The notes under the pieces were generated by a model. It made no database searches. It was not told the origin of the DNA and worked only from the letters and a program-made list of their open reading frames with translations. Of a stretch of 64,000 bases of DNA, positions 1 to 11,785 are shown in pieces. The position numbers and the translations under genes were made by a program. Each line of letters starts with the position of its first letter. Positions within the stretch are counted from its first letter, which is position 1. This DNA comes from Diplonema japonicum (Eukaryota > Protista > Euglenozoa: Diplonemea), in contig OZ025675.1 in the NCBI GenBank assembly GCA_964019335.1, forward strand, positions 1 to 64,000, in the 5' to 3' direction.

Positions 1-393
1 GCGGGTTTGCGGGTTTGCGGGTTTGCGGGTTTGCGGGTTTGCGGGTTTGCGGGTTTGCGGGTTTGCGGGTTTGCGGGTTTGCGGGTTTGCGGGTTTGCGG
101 GTTTGCGGGTTTGCGGGTTTGCGGGTTTGCGGGTTTGCGGGTTTGCGGGTTTGCGGGTTTGCGGGTTTGTGGGGTTTGCGGGTTTGCGGGTTTGCGGGTT
201 TGCGGGTTTGCGGGTTTGCGGGTTTGCGGGTTTGCGGGTTTGCGGGTTTGCGGGTTTGCGGGTTTGCGGGTTTGCGGGTTTGCGGGTTTGCGGGTTTGCG
301 GGTTTGCGGGTTTGCGGGTTTGCGGGTTTGCGGGTTTGCGGGTTTGCGGGTTTGCGGGTTTGCGGGTTTGCGGGTTTGCGGGTTTGCGGGTTT
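1..393 (+). repeat. (GCGGGTTT)n 8-bp tandem array, runs off window edge
   Basis: About 49 near-perfect units with one variant near 169-175. A short degenerate copy also occurs at 2738-2759. The + strand ORFs here are repeat artefacts. Confidence 0.98.
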
Positions 394-1505
394 CGTCCTG
401 TTGAACCACTCGAGCCAGCTCCCCCATACACCCCCTTCCAGCCCATGTTCGTATTTGGGATCCAGCTCCTTGCACAGCTTCATCGTCGACGCCCTCGAAG
501 CCATGTTGGCCGCGCGCAGGTGCTCCTGGCAGCTCCTCATCCCAAGCCCGCCGACTTTTACGGACAGTTTCGCCTGCTGCCATTCTTTCGACCCGCTCTC
601 GAACTGCATGCTGCACACCTTCGACATCGTCTTCCGCACCATCTCGTCGAACCTGTGCATGACCCCTCCCACATGCGAGTCTGGGACCACTCTCATGTAA
701 AACACCAGTTTGCTGTATGAGCTGCAATACCGGAGAAGTGTGTACCCTGTCTGCCTCCCCACCTTGGTCAGCATGTCGAAGTTCTCTTCCAGCGCGTCCA
801 AGCGTTTGTTCAGAAAGGCTTGCGTGTACTCCGGCGATCCTATCGGCGCCCCCAGGAGCATGAAGTTCCTCTCTTTGTGGAAATTCTCTTCTGTCAGGCC
901 ATCGAAGCCTGTGTCCTCCACTGTCTGGGGGAGGTCGCCACTAACCCATATGAGCTCGCACTTCTGGGGTTTCACTTTCAGCCCTATCATTCCGCTCAGC
1001 TCACACAAGATGTTGTACGCCTTTCTCACTTCATCCACATTCCCCACAAGGACGCCATCGTCCAGGTAGAACTGGAGGATGTCCAGGTTGCAGTCTTCAC
1101 TTATCTTGTTCACCAGGGGTTGGATGGCCAGAGAGAACAGCAGTGGTCCCATCGGGTCCCCCTGTTGCACCCCTTCCTGGGACTTAATCACCTTTCCGTT
1201 GTAGTATAATTGGGAGGGCACCTGTAGCACCAATCGGCCCACGCATACAGCCCCGACGCTTGCTCATAGGCCTGTGAGCACAGCTGTCTCCGACAAACAC
1301 TGTTGAAGGCGTTGGCGTAGTCGATCTTGAGGATCACCTTGTTTTCCTGCTTGTTGCCCCGTTCCCTGTCCACATACTGCCTGATGGTGTGTATAGCCGC
1401 CTCCATTCGGACCATTCATCCCCTCGGGGCCCCACCTGTACCCTTGACCTGCGGGTGGTCCTCCTGTCGCTCCCCGGCCTCTTTCACAACACTGCCGCAT
1501 GCACG
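394..1505 (-). mobile_element. CRE/SLACS-clade non-LTR retrotransposon RT fragment (frameshifted, truncated)
   Basis: Manual translation gives KVILKIDYANAFNSV, a frameshift near 1205, then EGVQQGDPMGPLLF, FYLDDG, GLKVKPQKC, LLGAPIG, LLRYC and QAKLSVKVGGLG. The frame stays open into the repeat, so the ORF track missed it. No C-terminal endonuclease is present. Confidence 0.88.
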
Positions 1506-2691
1506 TGTGGCAAATGCGGCTAAAAAAGGTGTCTCCCTGGATCTCGATGCTGCTTCTCTGCGTACCTTCCGGTGTCCTTTTGTCGATGGACTTGGATATC
1601 AAGCCAGATTATTCTGATTACTGGTGCAATGGCTCCACGTTTCTCAACTACACCCCTGGGTACGCCACCGTCATGTCAAGAGACCGCTTTTTGACTATTC
1701 TGGGAAATCTGTGTTTCCACAGCGAAACAAACAAGCGTGCTGACTTCTACCTATCGCCAAGGCCTCCCGGAGATCATGGATGCCCCAATGAAGCGAGGCC
1801 GCAAGCCCAAGGACGCGCATCCCGTGGGGACACAGTTCCACCAGCACGCGAGCATCCTTTGAACCACAACGTGGCATGACATCAAGCCTGTGCGCTTTCT
1901 ATCGACGTTGGATGTTCCAGTGAAGTCAAATTTGACCGTCCGCCAAAAGAGAATGAAAGCCGGAAAGGACATCTTGTTCCCCACCAAGTGCATATTTACA
2001 ACACCGCAATGGGCGGAACCGACGCTGGGTGACGCTGTGACAAAACGCCATAAACGCACCCTTATGACTTAAAAGTGGCCCCTAAAAGTATTTTCGTACT
2101 TGTTAGGTAAATCTCTGGCGAATGCTTGGCTTGTTTGGAAAGAAGCCTTGCCCCCCAACACCCTGAGTACGAACGACAGTGTATTGACGCCTTTCAGAGA
2201 GGCAGTCATCGAAGGGCTACTAGGGGAGGCAGTCTAAACAACAGATAAAGTCAACTACAGAGCAGGCTGCCCCAATACCATGCCCCGAAACACAGAACGA
2301 GTGCTCTGAGACCCCAATGCGCCGTGACAGTACCTTCTGGGGCCATTTCCCCGAAAAAGTAGTGCAACGTGCGGTGCAAGCATTTCAAGTCGAAAAGACC
2401 CCTATTTCAGTGTTCAGCCTGCTTGGTACAACTTTCAAAGACTGCCAAGGGAATTTTACAGTCGATTCTTTTTGACTTGTTTTTTGTACCCCCTCTCGGG
2501 CACTTCAGGAACGATATTTTTGACAATGTTGTGGGGGTGGGCCCTGCTGTGGGCACCCTCTCTCTAGAATTGGGACATCTGGAGGCATTTCCGGGGGCAT
2601 ATAGCCCCGGCGTTGCGCTAGAAAAGCTTTTTTTGAAGTTTTGAAAATTTACCCCCTGGTGGGCAAAAATGGTCCGTTGGTAGATGGTTAA
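1506..2691 (+). mobile_element. piggyBac transposon, 5'-truncated degenerate copy
   Basis: Motifs MSRDRFLTILGNLCF, WHDIKPVRFLST, YNTAMGGTDAG, KWPLKVF..NAW and a Cys-rich tail lie in broken frames. Right TIR CGTTGGTAGATGG ends at 2687, followed by TTAA at 2688-2691. Homologous to 17862-19155. Confidence 0.88.
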
Positions 2692-2799
2692 AAAATAAAA
2701 CTTTTTTTAAAAAACCAAGTGATTGCTTTATTTCTCGTGCGGGTTTGAGGGTTTGCGGGAATTTCTTTTTGAGAATAAAAAAAAAGGGGGACTTGAGAA

Positions 2800-3260
2800 T
2801 AAAAGCATCTTGTAGAAATCTGTGAACTTCGCGTCAGTCTCTTGCTGATTGAGAATGGGCATTAGCTAGTAAGGGCGAGTAAAGTCATCCTACGAAGGTG
2901 CGAAAGCTTTTGCTCAGGCACAGGAACAAACACCGCATAGTTGTAGGAATCTCTTGTAATGACGGGAATCTCGTCGTCTAAGCCATTCTACGAAGGTTAG
3001 CACCCCTTCTGTCCTCATGAACATCAAAGCTTGTGCCTTCTGCAAGTGCCAGCCTGAATCGGCGCCTCTCACGGGTTGCACGCCTCCTTCAGCATCTTGT
3101 ACCTGACTGTATAAGGCGTTGTAGTCGATTGTGATCGCTACCTGGACAGTTCATCTTGCTTCGCTTTCTCTACGCGACCGTAGCGTGGACCACCGCCACT
3201 CCCGGCTGGCCAGGCACCATCGCTGCACCAACATACCACTACCCCATTGCCCTTTAGTTC
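2800..3260 (-). mobile_element. Highly decayed second CRE-like RT relic
   Basis: Short remnants QVAITIDYNAL, EGV and LDD occur in the expected order on the minus strand, and GCGGGTTT units lie at its 3' side (2738-2759). Confidence 0.35.
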
Positions 3261-3730
3261 GTTCTCACTGAGAAAAATAAAACTGTTTGAGTACTCTATC
3301 TGCGAAGTGCCCGCAACAAACCTAATCCAACCCGAATTGCGTGACCATTTCTTCCTACCAGGAGGTTAGATTAATTAGCACTTCTAAACAATCACTCAAA
3401 GGGAAAAAAAGAAAGGAGAGGAAGCTTGCCTGTTTCATTAAGGCTTGCATGAAGGCATGTTTATCAACTCGGGAATGCATGTAACCCGAAAGAAAGGGCG
3501 CACCTCTCTTACCAAAGTGATTGTTATCTTCATCATTGGACTTTGCATTTTCTTTTTGAAATTGTATACATAAGAGTTAAATTGCAAAAATAAAACTTTA
3601 GTCTGTAGATATATTCCGCACCGCAACAACAATAAAAATATTCAAAATATACCATACAGGCCATTAAAAAAATAAAAGAAATAGAAAGCAAAGGCAAAAC
3701 TATGCAAATGTACAAGTGTTAGCCTAAGGG

Positions 3731-5374
3731 CTACATAAGAAAAATCAAGATTAGAAAGGAAACACAAAAGGGTACGGTAAGACTGGAAGCAGCGTCCGAC
3801 TCGGGTGCAAGAACAGGGCTGCAGATCTCTGTCCCCCAGCGAGCAGGAAGCGGGCCAGTTTCATTGCTGAACGAGTCTTTCATTATTGCTCGTGCACCGC
3901 AGATGATGCCAGCATTCCCTCCCAAAGTCTCTTTGTCAAGTGCGCCACACGTCCTTCCAAACGAGTTCTGTAAAGGAAAAACAAGCACGAAGCCCATGCA
4001 CATCTCATCCGAAGTGGCGAGACCGAACTTTACAGGCAGCGGCCGTGTATGATGAAACTTGCAAATAGTACGAATTTCATCACCCTTCTCGATGGTTACC
4101 CCTGAGGGAGAATCCACAAACCTCTGCTGGTTCAAATCCCAGTAGTCGACGTATCCGAGAGTGCGTACCTTGACCCCGTTTCGATACTGTTCCATGAAGC
4201 TACGTTGTCCGATCTGATGCATGTGCAGCCATACGCCAATGACGTTGAGCCCAGCAGAGTTGATGTCATTCGTGCACTCCGATGGGCAGGTCCACCTGAT
4301 GTCTGTCTGCACGTTTGGCTGGATATCCTGGTCGTGCATCACAAGCGGGTCCCCGAATGACAACATCCCTGCATTGCTTGCGCGTAAGGTGTCCGTGAAT
4401 CGGAATGAGACCGATGTGGCGTCCACCATGCCACCCACAGCACTGGGGATGTCGTAGTGTACCTCCATCAAAAGCTGTAAGTTATCCGCTGCGCTACCAC
4501 CGACAAGTATCCCAGTGTTATCTGGCAAGACCAACGAACCGCCGCCGACGCCCCAACCGTAGAACAGGTTGAGGATACACTCCGTCCCCATATTGCAACT
4601 CCCGCTCCCATCCGTGGACGGTCTTCCGAGGTAATTCTTGAAGCTCGCAGACTCTCCCTTGCAAGCATAAACAAGTATGTGGTGCACGCTGTAGCCAGTG
4701 GCCTTCGGGATATTGGGGTCGATCCTGATGGCGTGCCTGCTCTTAGAAGCAGGGAATGATGCGCTAAGGTCAAAGCTTTGGCACCCGTAGACGGTGTTCT
4801 TGCCTGTCGGAATTGTAAAGTTCGACATAGCAATCTCGAGAGTGAAGTCGAATGTGGTACCAGACGCCTGAGGGGTATGGAAAGTGAAGCTCACGGCCTT
4901 GCGAGTTGTCATGTGGTAGCCGAAGGTTGCAGAAGATCCATAAGCAACGATAGCTGGGGAGGGTCCAGGGGTGATGTCCCTATCGTGGTTGGGGTTGGCT
5001 GCGGCGATAGCACGCTTCACGACGCCAGTGGCCACACCGTTTGTGACGGACCAAGACTGTATCTTCCAGTGATCACCTTGCGTGCAGTCCATCAAGGGCA
5101 TTAACGAGCCGACAGCGTGCATGTTCCACAGCGTGCCGTTGGGAAGTACCACCATAATGTCTGCACCTGCCATTCCACCGCTGCTCGGCTCCGCGATGCC
5201 GAACCCTACCCACCCAGAGCTCTTCACCGTAAAGGCCAAGGTCACCTCTGCTGCGACGCTGTCGTACGTGCTGCATACCTTATAGTCCCCGGTGGTGCTT
5301 AGGTCGTATGTGTGGCATAGCTCCTGTGCTTCCGTCATGCTCCACACGGCTGCCAACAGCAAGGCACCCCTCAT
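3731..5374 (-). CDS. DOMON + copper type II ascorbate-dependent monooxygenase (DBH/MOXD1-like), signal peptide and GPI/TM tail
   Basis: ATG at 5374 (MRGALLLAAVW). DOMON motif GWVGFG..GM.GADI; Cu ligands in VHHILVY, EVHYD, LHMHQIG and DEMCMGF; hydrophobic C-terminus. Confidence 0.92.
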   Translation of the reverse strand: MRGALLLAAVWSMTEAQELCHTYDLSTTGDYKVCSTYDSVAAEVTLAFTVKSSGWVGFGIAEPSSGGMAGADIMVVLPNGTLWNMHAVGSLMPLMDCTQGDHWKIQSWSVTNGVATGVVKRAIAAANPNHDRDITPGPSPAIVAYGSSATFGYHMTTRKAVSFTFHTPQASGTTFDFTLEIAMSNFTIPTGKNTVYGCQSFDLSASFPASKSRHAIRIDPNIPKATGYSVHHILVYACKGESASFKNYLGRPSTDGSGSCNMGTECILNLFYGWGVGGGSLVLPDNTGILVGGSAADNLQLLMEVHYDIPSAVGGMVDATSVSFRFTDTLRASNAGMLSFGDPLVMHDQDIQPNVQTDIRWTCPSECTNDINSAGLNVIGVWLHMHQIGQRSFMEQYRNGVKVRTLGYVDYWDLNQQRFVDSPSGVTIEKGDEIRTICKFHHTRPLPVKFGLATSDEMCMGFVLVFPLQNSFGRTCGALDKETLGGNAGIICGARAIMKDSFSNETGPLPARWGTEICSPVLAPESDAASSLTVPFCVSFLILIFLM

Positions 5375-6553
5375 TTTTCGCAAAATTGGAAAGTTAGCTG
5401 AATAACAATAGTTGGAAAGAAGTTTGGGTGAATCATTAAAAAGTATATATGAGTTAATGGAGGTCTTACAAGACGACTCCCGTCAACATCACCGCCATTT
5501 GTGACGAATGGCGAATACGTGACTATATACTTGCGTCAAAAAGCAGAGAAAGAAGAAAAAGAAGAGAAGAAAGGGGTGTATATTCGATTACAAAAAAAGC
5601 ACTCCTTAGCTGTCCTTGCATCGAATTCGAACAGCTTTGCCACCAAGAACGCATGGACAAAAGAAGGAAAAAAGAAAGAAAATTGTTAAGAACTGGTTTC
5701 TTTTTTTCTCCTCACGTTTCTTAGTGCCCTTGTGCTGCGTGGCAACCAAGAATAATGTTTCTTCATTGAAATCGTTCGCAGAAAACCCGATATGGTGGAG
5801 ACGAACCGGTAAAGGAGCCACCAAGATAAACTTATATATGAGTTAAAGGAAGTCTTTGTGAGACACGCTGCCCCCTTGTTCTCATACATATAAACTTAGG
5901 TTAACACAAAACTCAAAATATAAGAATTACTCCTGAAGGATCCATTTCTTTCTGACACTAAACAAACGACCCATAACTTTACGGGCCTGCACAGAAATGG
6001 CGGGTTTTTGTAATACCCAACAGGTACTCGGCTCAGCGTTACCAGCGGAAAACAAAAAGCAAACAAATCTAAAGATTAAGGTCACAAAACTTATAAGAAA
6101 AAAAAAAGGCTGCTTCGCAGAGATCCTGTCCTACGAGCAACCCCAACAAGGTAGGAAAGAGGGTTAGATGATTATATCTTTTCCACTGGCGTAAAAAGTA
6201 GACTTCCAAAAGCCATACACTAATTAGAGACTACGATTAGATCGGAGAATTAGAGAACGAAATTCCCTGAACACTCACCGTTCTTGATCCAAAAAAAAAA
6301 AAAGCTAGAAACCTAGGGCATTCGAAAGAAACTGACATTTTACTTTACCAAGCCCAATACACACCTAAGTGTTAAAAGAAATGAAAGCGCGAAAGAAGAA
6401 AAGAGCCAGAAGGGCAAACCGCTTTGGCGGAAATCCAAAAAAAGAAAAAGGAAAAAAAAAAGTTTTAATCTGTATTGATTAGAGAAGCAAAAGCGATGTA
6501 TAAGGCAAACAGTGGCCTCATCTTGAAAAAGGAAACTTATAGATTCGTTGTTG

Positions 6554-7669
6554 CTAACGAAGTCTTTGAAGCTGTTCGCAATCCTCACTGGACGCCCTCC
6601 TGCGGGACAACATGATATGTTCGTTGAGTGCCCAAGCAGCAGTGAGCCCGAAGCAGACTGCCAAGAAGAGGCCACCGTTGTAAGTCATGGTGATGAGCAT
6701 TACGGCGTACATGCCTGCGAAACAGATAAAGATGAGAACGATCTTAAAAGGGAAGGGAAGGACGGTTGTGTGGATCGTGAAATCCTTCAGCAGGCTGATA
6801 AAAAAGCTCCCCAGAACGGTAATCACGACAGACCCAACATACGGTCCTGTGGAGTGGACTGACCAACCATTGAACAGGATCACCACATCGACACCTTGAT
6901 AAAAAGTCATAAACATCTGCCCACCCCCACCCCCACCCCCTGCAGGCGCAGGTGTGTCTCCCTTTGGCATGCACATGTCTGCGGTCCACACACACGATAC
7001 ACAATCCTCAAGAGTTCTGTTGTCACACCCTGAGCTAGAGACACCCATCTCCATGCATTTCCCACCCATCATCATGCAGTCAAGGCAGCTGGACTGATCG
7101 AACTTCATGCAGCTTGCAGCAGGCACAGGGGTCGACTTCGGCATGCACATGTTGTCTGACCATGCACAAGAAAGACACTCTGCTGCAGTCCTGTTGTCGC
7201 ACCCCGAACTGGAGACACCCATCTCCATGCATTTCCCACCCATCATCATGCAGTCAAGGCAGTTAGTCTGGTCGAACTTCATACAATTCGCAGCAGGCAC
7301 AGGAGTCGACTTCGGCATGCACATGTTGTCTGACCATGCACAAGAAAGACACTCTGCTGCAGTTCTGCCATCACACCCTGAGCTAGAGACGCCCATCTCC
7401 ATGCATTTCCCACCCATCATCATGCAGTCAAGGCAGCTGGACTGATCGAACTTCATGCAGCTTGCAGCAGGCACAGGCGTTCCTTTCGGCATGCACATGT
7501 TGTCTGACCATGCACAGGAAAGACACTCTGAAGCATTCCTAACATTGCACCCTGCGTCAGTGGAACCCGTCCCTGTGCACTTGTCTTCCGTCAACCTGCA
7601 GTCAAGGCATGCATTCTTGTCAAATGTCATGCACCCTGCCATCATGAGCGACACAAAGGGGGCGAGCAT
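6554..7669 (-). CDS. CTR: Ctr-family copper transporter with N-terminal Cys/Met-rich repeats
   Basis: MFMTF...ILFNGW precedes TM1; MLITMTYN carries the MxxxM motif in TM2; TM3 is LFLAVCFGLTAA. N-terminus has a short signal-like peptide and four repeats. Confidence 0.88.
   Translation of the reverse strand: MLAPFVSLMMAGCMTFDKNACLDCRLTEDKCTGTGSTDAGCNVRNASECLSCAWSDNMCMPKGTPVPAASCMKFDQSSCLDCMMMGGKCMEMGVSSSGCDGRTAAECLSCAWSDNMCMPKSTPVPAANCMKFDQTNCLDCMMMGGKCMEMGVSSSGCDNRTAAECLSCAWSDNMCMPKSTPVPAASCMKFDQSSCLDCMMMGGKCMEMGVSSSGCDNRTLEDCVSCVWTADMCMPKGDTPAPAGGGGGGGQMFMTFYQGVDVVILFNGWSVHSTGPYVGSVVITVLGSFFISLLKDFTIHTTVLPFPFKIVLIFICFAGMYAVMLITMTYNGGLFLAVCFGLTAAWALNEHIMLSRRRASSEDCEQLQRLR
6963..7637 (-). repeat. 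4 x 174-nt (58-aa) coding repeat, CMKFDQSSCLDCMMMGGKCMEMG...C..C.SC.W...MCMPK
   Basis: GGCATGCACATGT recurs with a 174-nt period (~6965, 7140, 7314, 7488). Confidence 0.95.
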
Positions 7670-8276
7670 ATTGGTGTTCCGGTTGCTTACCTGTTACTAC
7701 CTAGTGGCTTACCTACTAACAGAAGAGAAAACAAAAAAGAAAATTAGCGGCGATCACGTCTCCGGTTCACGAAAATGCAAAAGCCATGAAAAGAGGGAGA
7801 AAAATAAAAAGATACTAAAAAAGAAAATTGGAGAAAGGATGAAAGACTTAGAGAGCAGCTAGGGGGGTGGGGAGGGCGAAATTATCTTATAACTTTCTTT
7901 TCGTTTCTTTTTTCAACAGAAGCCATGCACCGAAGTACCTAACTTTCTTATTCTCCTCCCTTGCCCTGAAAGAAAAAAAATGAGAGTAACGCTTCCTCAC
8001 CAAGGGGCGAGCACAGAGTGGAATACACATACGTGCCCCCTCAGTGAGGTGTCGTTAAAGAATCATGCTTTCACAGTTAAACATTGGGGCTTTAATCTCA
8101 CATGAGCATTTCCTTATTTCTTACGTAAAAAGAAATAAGAAATTGAACACGAGAATTTAACCGTTGTAAAGAATTTGTGCATCTCGGCAACAAAGGAAAA
8201 AAAAAAAAAAAAACCATATTTTGAATCTTTTGAAAAAAAACACCCATAAGGAATAGTTCAGCTGTACTCCCTTAAC

Positions 8277-8514
8277 TACCGTATTTGGACTTAATATGGA
8301 AACGAAGAATATTATGGAACTTTTTTTCGATATTTTTCGAAAATCGATCCTAAAAGAAAAAAATAGCTCATTCGAACCTCTTGTTTAAATATTTAATATT
8401 ATTCGTCCGAAACTAGAAACTACTGGCAACGTAAGCTATCGTGAGCTATTTTATTTGGAAAACCCCTCAGAATCTTATAACTTTTTCCGCTTCATGTTAA
8501 GTCCAAATACGATA
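8277..8514. mobile_element. Tc1/mariner(pogo)-type MITE
   Basis: TA|CCGTATTTGGACTTAATATG ... CATGTTAAGTCCAAATACGA|TA, i.e. ~20-bp TIRs with a TA target duplication and no ORF. Confidence 0.75.
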
Positions 8515-8719
8515 CCTAGACCCGAGTAACAAGTATATTGTCTGTTTATTACTATTTGTCACAAGGTTCTTTCACCTGACCGCATAACCATATAAGTACG
8601 ATGACCTGACGAAAGAAACCATTAAAGAGGCCGGACCGGTGAAAGGACCGCAGCTCATGGCAAATAGCGAATACCGACCATATATGTTTTAAAATTCTTC
8701 TTCTTCTTCTCTCTTTTTA

Positions 8720-9310
8720 GTTTTTCACCCCGGGTCTAGATGGCTTAAACTAGGTTCGGCTCACTGCTTGGCGGTTTTTTCTTTTTGTTCTTTTCTCTTT
8801 TTTTATTTCACTCTTCGTACTCACTAGGGGCCTCATAATTTCAACGTGAAACGCCCATAACGTAACTAGTTAAATTATGAGATTATGCAACCCCTTGAAA
8901 AGCTTTTTTTGGGGTGGGGGTATTTTGACTATTTTTGGCCATCTGAGGCCATTCCGGCAAAGTGGGAATTAGTGCTTTTCTTCCACGGTGAAATAGCTAC
9001 CCTGTATTACCATAGGAAAATCCCCAAAAAAGCTTTAGTTAACTCGTGTGAGGAAAACAGCAGTGAAGCAGAGTGACTCAAATGACGAAGAGTGAAAAAA
9101 AACGACTTACCTGCCGCCAAAATGAGCCATTATTAACACTTAACTCGGGTTAAATAATAACTCATTATTTGTTGGCAATAAATAGCTATTAATGTTGTGA
9201 GAAGAAAAAAAAGAAAGAAAAAAAAAACCAAGGCCAAAAAGTTTCGCCGACCTGGCAGGCCATTCTGACTAAATCAGTTTCCGTCCTTCATGGGTTTAAA
9301 AAAAAAATAG
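8720..9310. repeat. Old imperfect nested inverted repeat (foldback/MITE-like)
   Basis: TTTCACTCTTCGT (~8806) pairs with ACGAAGAGTGAAA (~9085); AAAGCTTTTTTTGGGG (~8899) pairs with CCCCAAAAAAGCTTT (~9022); weaker outer arms at ~8736 and ~9246. Confidence 0.55.
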
Positions 9311-11785
9311 AAAACCGAGCCACTAGCACACTTCACCAGCTATGGCATCAGGTGGATAATAGAAAGATGAAAATGCTTCATTCAGTTTTGAGAGGAGTGG
9401 AAAAAGAAAAAAAAACCAAAGAAGAAAAGAAAAAAAAATAATTCAGATTTCTTTTTCAAATATGAAGGTATATTATTATGTTTAGACAATATATAAAAAA
9501 AAAAACAAAACCAAAAATAAAATAAGACCAAGTAGGATGGAGGGTGCAGTCCTGTTGAAGCAGGAGAGAGAAATATGGCCAGATTGTAAAAAAAAAAGAA
9601 AAAATAGCTGATCAAACTATACCTCTATGTGCAGCATACTTTTCTTGACACGAACCCGAGTGGTGCTGTTTCTCTTTTAAAAAGACACGGAAACGACAAT
9701 AAGTTTCTATTCCTTTCAGCCTTCAGCATTCTTTAGATAGACAAGAACCTTGTCTATGCTGCCGTTGAGGGGCATTGCCTGCTAGCTTTCCTGCATTCTG
9801 GGTGGTAGGTTAGGATGCACACACAGCTGATGGAGAGGCTAGAATCTCTTTGCATCTCTTTATATTATGTGTGATAGCAGAATCACGAGGACTACTCCCT
9901 TTTAAAAAATCTAACCCTTAAAAGCAACCAGGGATGAGCTTTATCAGCTTTCTTATTTTTCTTTTAAACCTTAAAAAAAGGAGGAAAAAAAGAAACTTAA
10001 GAAGTCCCGCTTTTGTTTGCACTTTGTCATGCAATCTGTAATCCGTAATCCAAGGGCTTGCGCTGCTGGGCTCGACACGCTGGTGTTAAAAATTCTCTGG
10101 TCTTCTAAGGGTTAAAAAAATAGTATTTTAAAAGATCAAGCCATCATTGACACTTTGCTGCCGTACCATGAACCACCTATAGAGGAAAATATATTTAAAA
10201 TAATAATATCATTATAAAAACAAAAGAACAGTGGTCAAGCCCGTCCGATGCACACCAAGAAAGAAAGTAGTTTCCACCAGAAGCCCTTTTCCAGGAAAAC
10301 GAGTGAAAACTACTCTTCCTCTTTTCTTTTTTTTCTCCTGCAAGAAAGGAAACTGGAGGAGAAAAAAAAAACAAGGGAGGGCTCTTTTTTTCTTTTTTAC
10401 CGCCATCCTACAAACAGATTTCATTCGTTCCTTTTTCAATTTCCGGAAGAATACAAAAAGAAGAACTAAAGAGGGGTTAATTCAATCCGAAAGCAGCACG
10501 GTGTGAGTGCAATGTGCAGCGTGGTCTTCTGGCGAAAATGATTCAGAAAATCAATAATCCCATGCAATCACTTGTTAACATTCAATGGGAGAGAGGAGGT
10601 ATTAGTGGGAAAAGGAGATGTTTGAAGAACTTTCAGAAATTCGGGCCTTAGTTGAGATATGTAATGAAGGAGGAGGTGCAGTACAACCACCAAAAAAGAA
10701 ATCATGTAACTCACTTACGTATCCACTTGAACAAAGAGACATAATAGAAATGTGGACGCACTGAAACTGCTTTATGCGCTCCCTTCTACGCAATCCCTTT
10801 CCCGTGACTAGCATGAGGTATCTGCTCTTGCTTTTTATCACTTCCTTGAGTGCATTATTACCAATGCCACAAGAGAAGCATGTTATCACTGGGGAATGTA
10901 AAAAAGGGAGCAGGGAGGAAAACATGGCCACGAGGTTCTTCTTTCTGAATTATGTGCGCTTTAGTTGCACACGGATCTGAAAGAAGCCTGGCCTGAACTC
11001 AATAAAAAATGAAAAACGACAGTGGGGGTTGGGGGGAAGAAAAAAAAAGGAGGGAAAAAAACCTATGCTTTCATCAAAAAGAAAAGAAGAAAAAGCTCCC
11101 TACTCCGACCTAACTGCTTCCCCAAGTACAGTGTTCTAGAAGGAAAAAAAAAACTAATAGAGAAAGTGAAAAGAGAGGAAAGAGATAAAAGAAAAATCAG
11201 AGTAGAACATAGAAACGAGGGGGAGGGAGGTGGGAGTGGGAGTACATTCTTTCAAGAAAAAATAGAGAGGAAGAAGAAATTTGAAGTAAGGGGCAGCGCC
11301 CTTATATGGCTCACTTGAAGTACGTGTTAGAAGATGGGTGAGTAGCCCTCTACAGGGCTCCATTCTCGGTGTCTTGTTCGATCGCTCTATCGCAACAGGA
11401 AATGGCATATGGGGAAAGAGGCCTAGTCCCGTGCGGAGAACGAGCAACAAAGAGCAGCCGAGGTAATCCATCACTGGGCCAATATCAATGGTTGGAAAAG
11501 AAAAAAAAGAAAAAAGAAAATAAAGAAATACGATGGAACATAAAAAAAAAAGACGATAAGAAATGTGTGTACATACACGACTCTTTCCTGTTTTGTAGCG
11601 GCCGACATCTGAAAGGAGGGGGGAAAAAAAATAGAAAACGAGAAAGGAGAGGAAAAAATATTGGAGAGATGTCAGCTCAGCAGGAAAATCAGGACTCAAA
11701 AAAGCCAAGCTACCTAGCTTATTGTATATTTGTCGTGACAACGTAAAAATTATTAAAAAACGGTATTCCTTTTCACATCAGTATC

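Noticed and set aside
1-393. True chromosome telomere
   Set aside because: The G-rich strand is oriented inward for a left end, and the unit differs from the TTAGGG known in euglenozoans.
7-720. + strand ORFs made of RVCGFAGL repeats
   Set aside because: They are translations of the octamer array and the antisense of the RT.
10602-10931. 109-aa minus-strand ORF
   Set aside because: No motif, AT-rich context; probably spurious or an unidentifiable relic.
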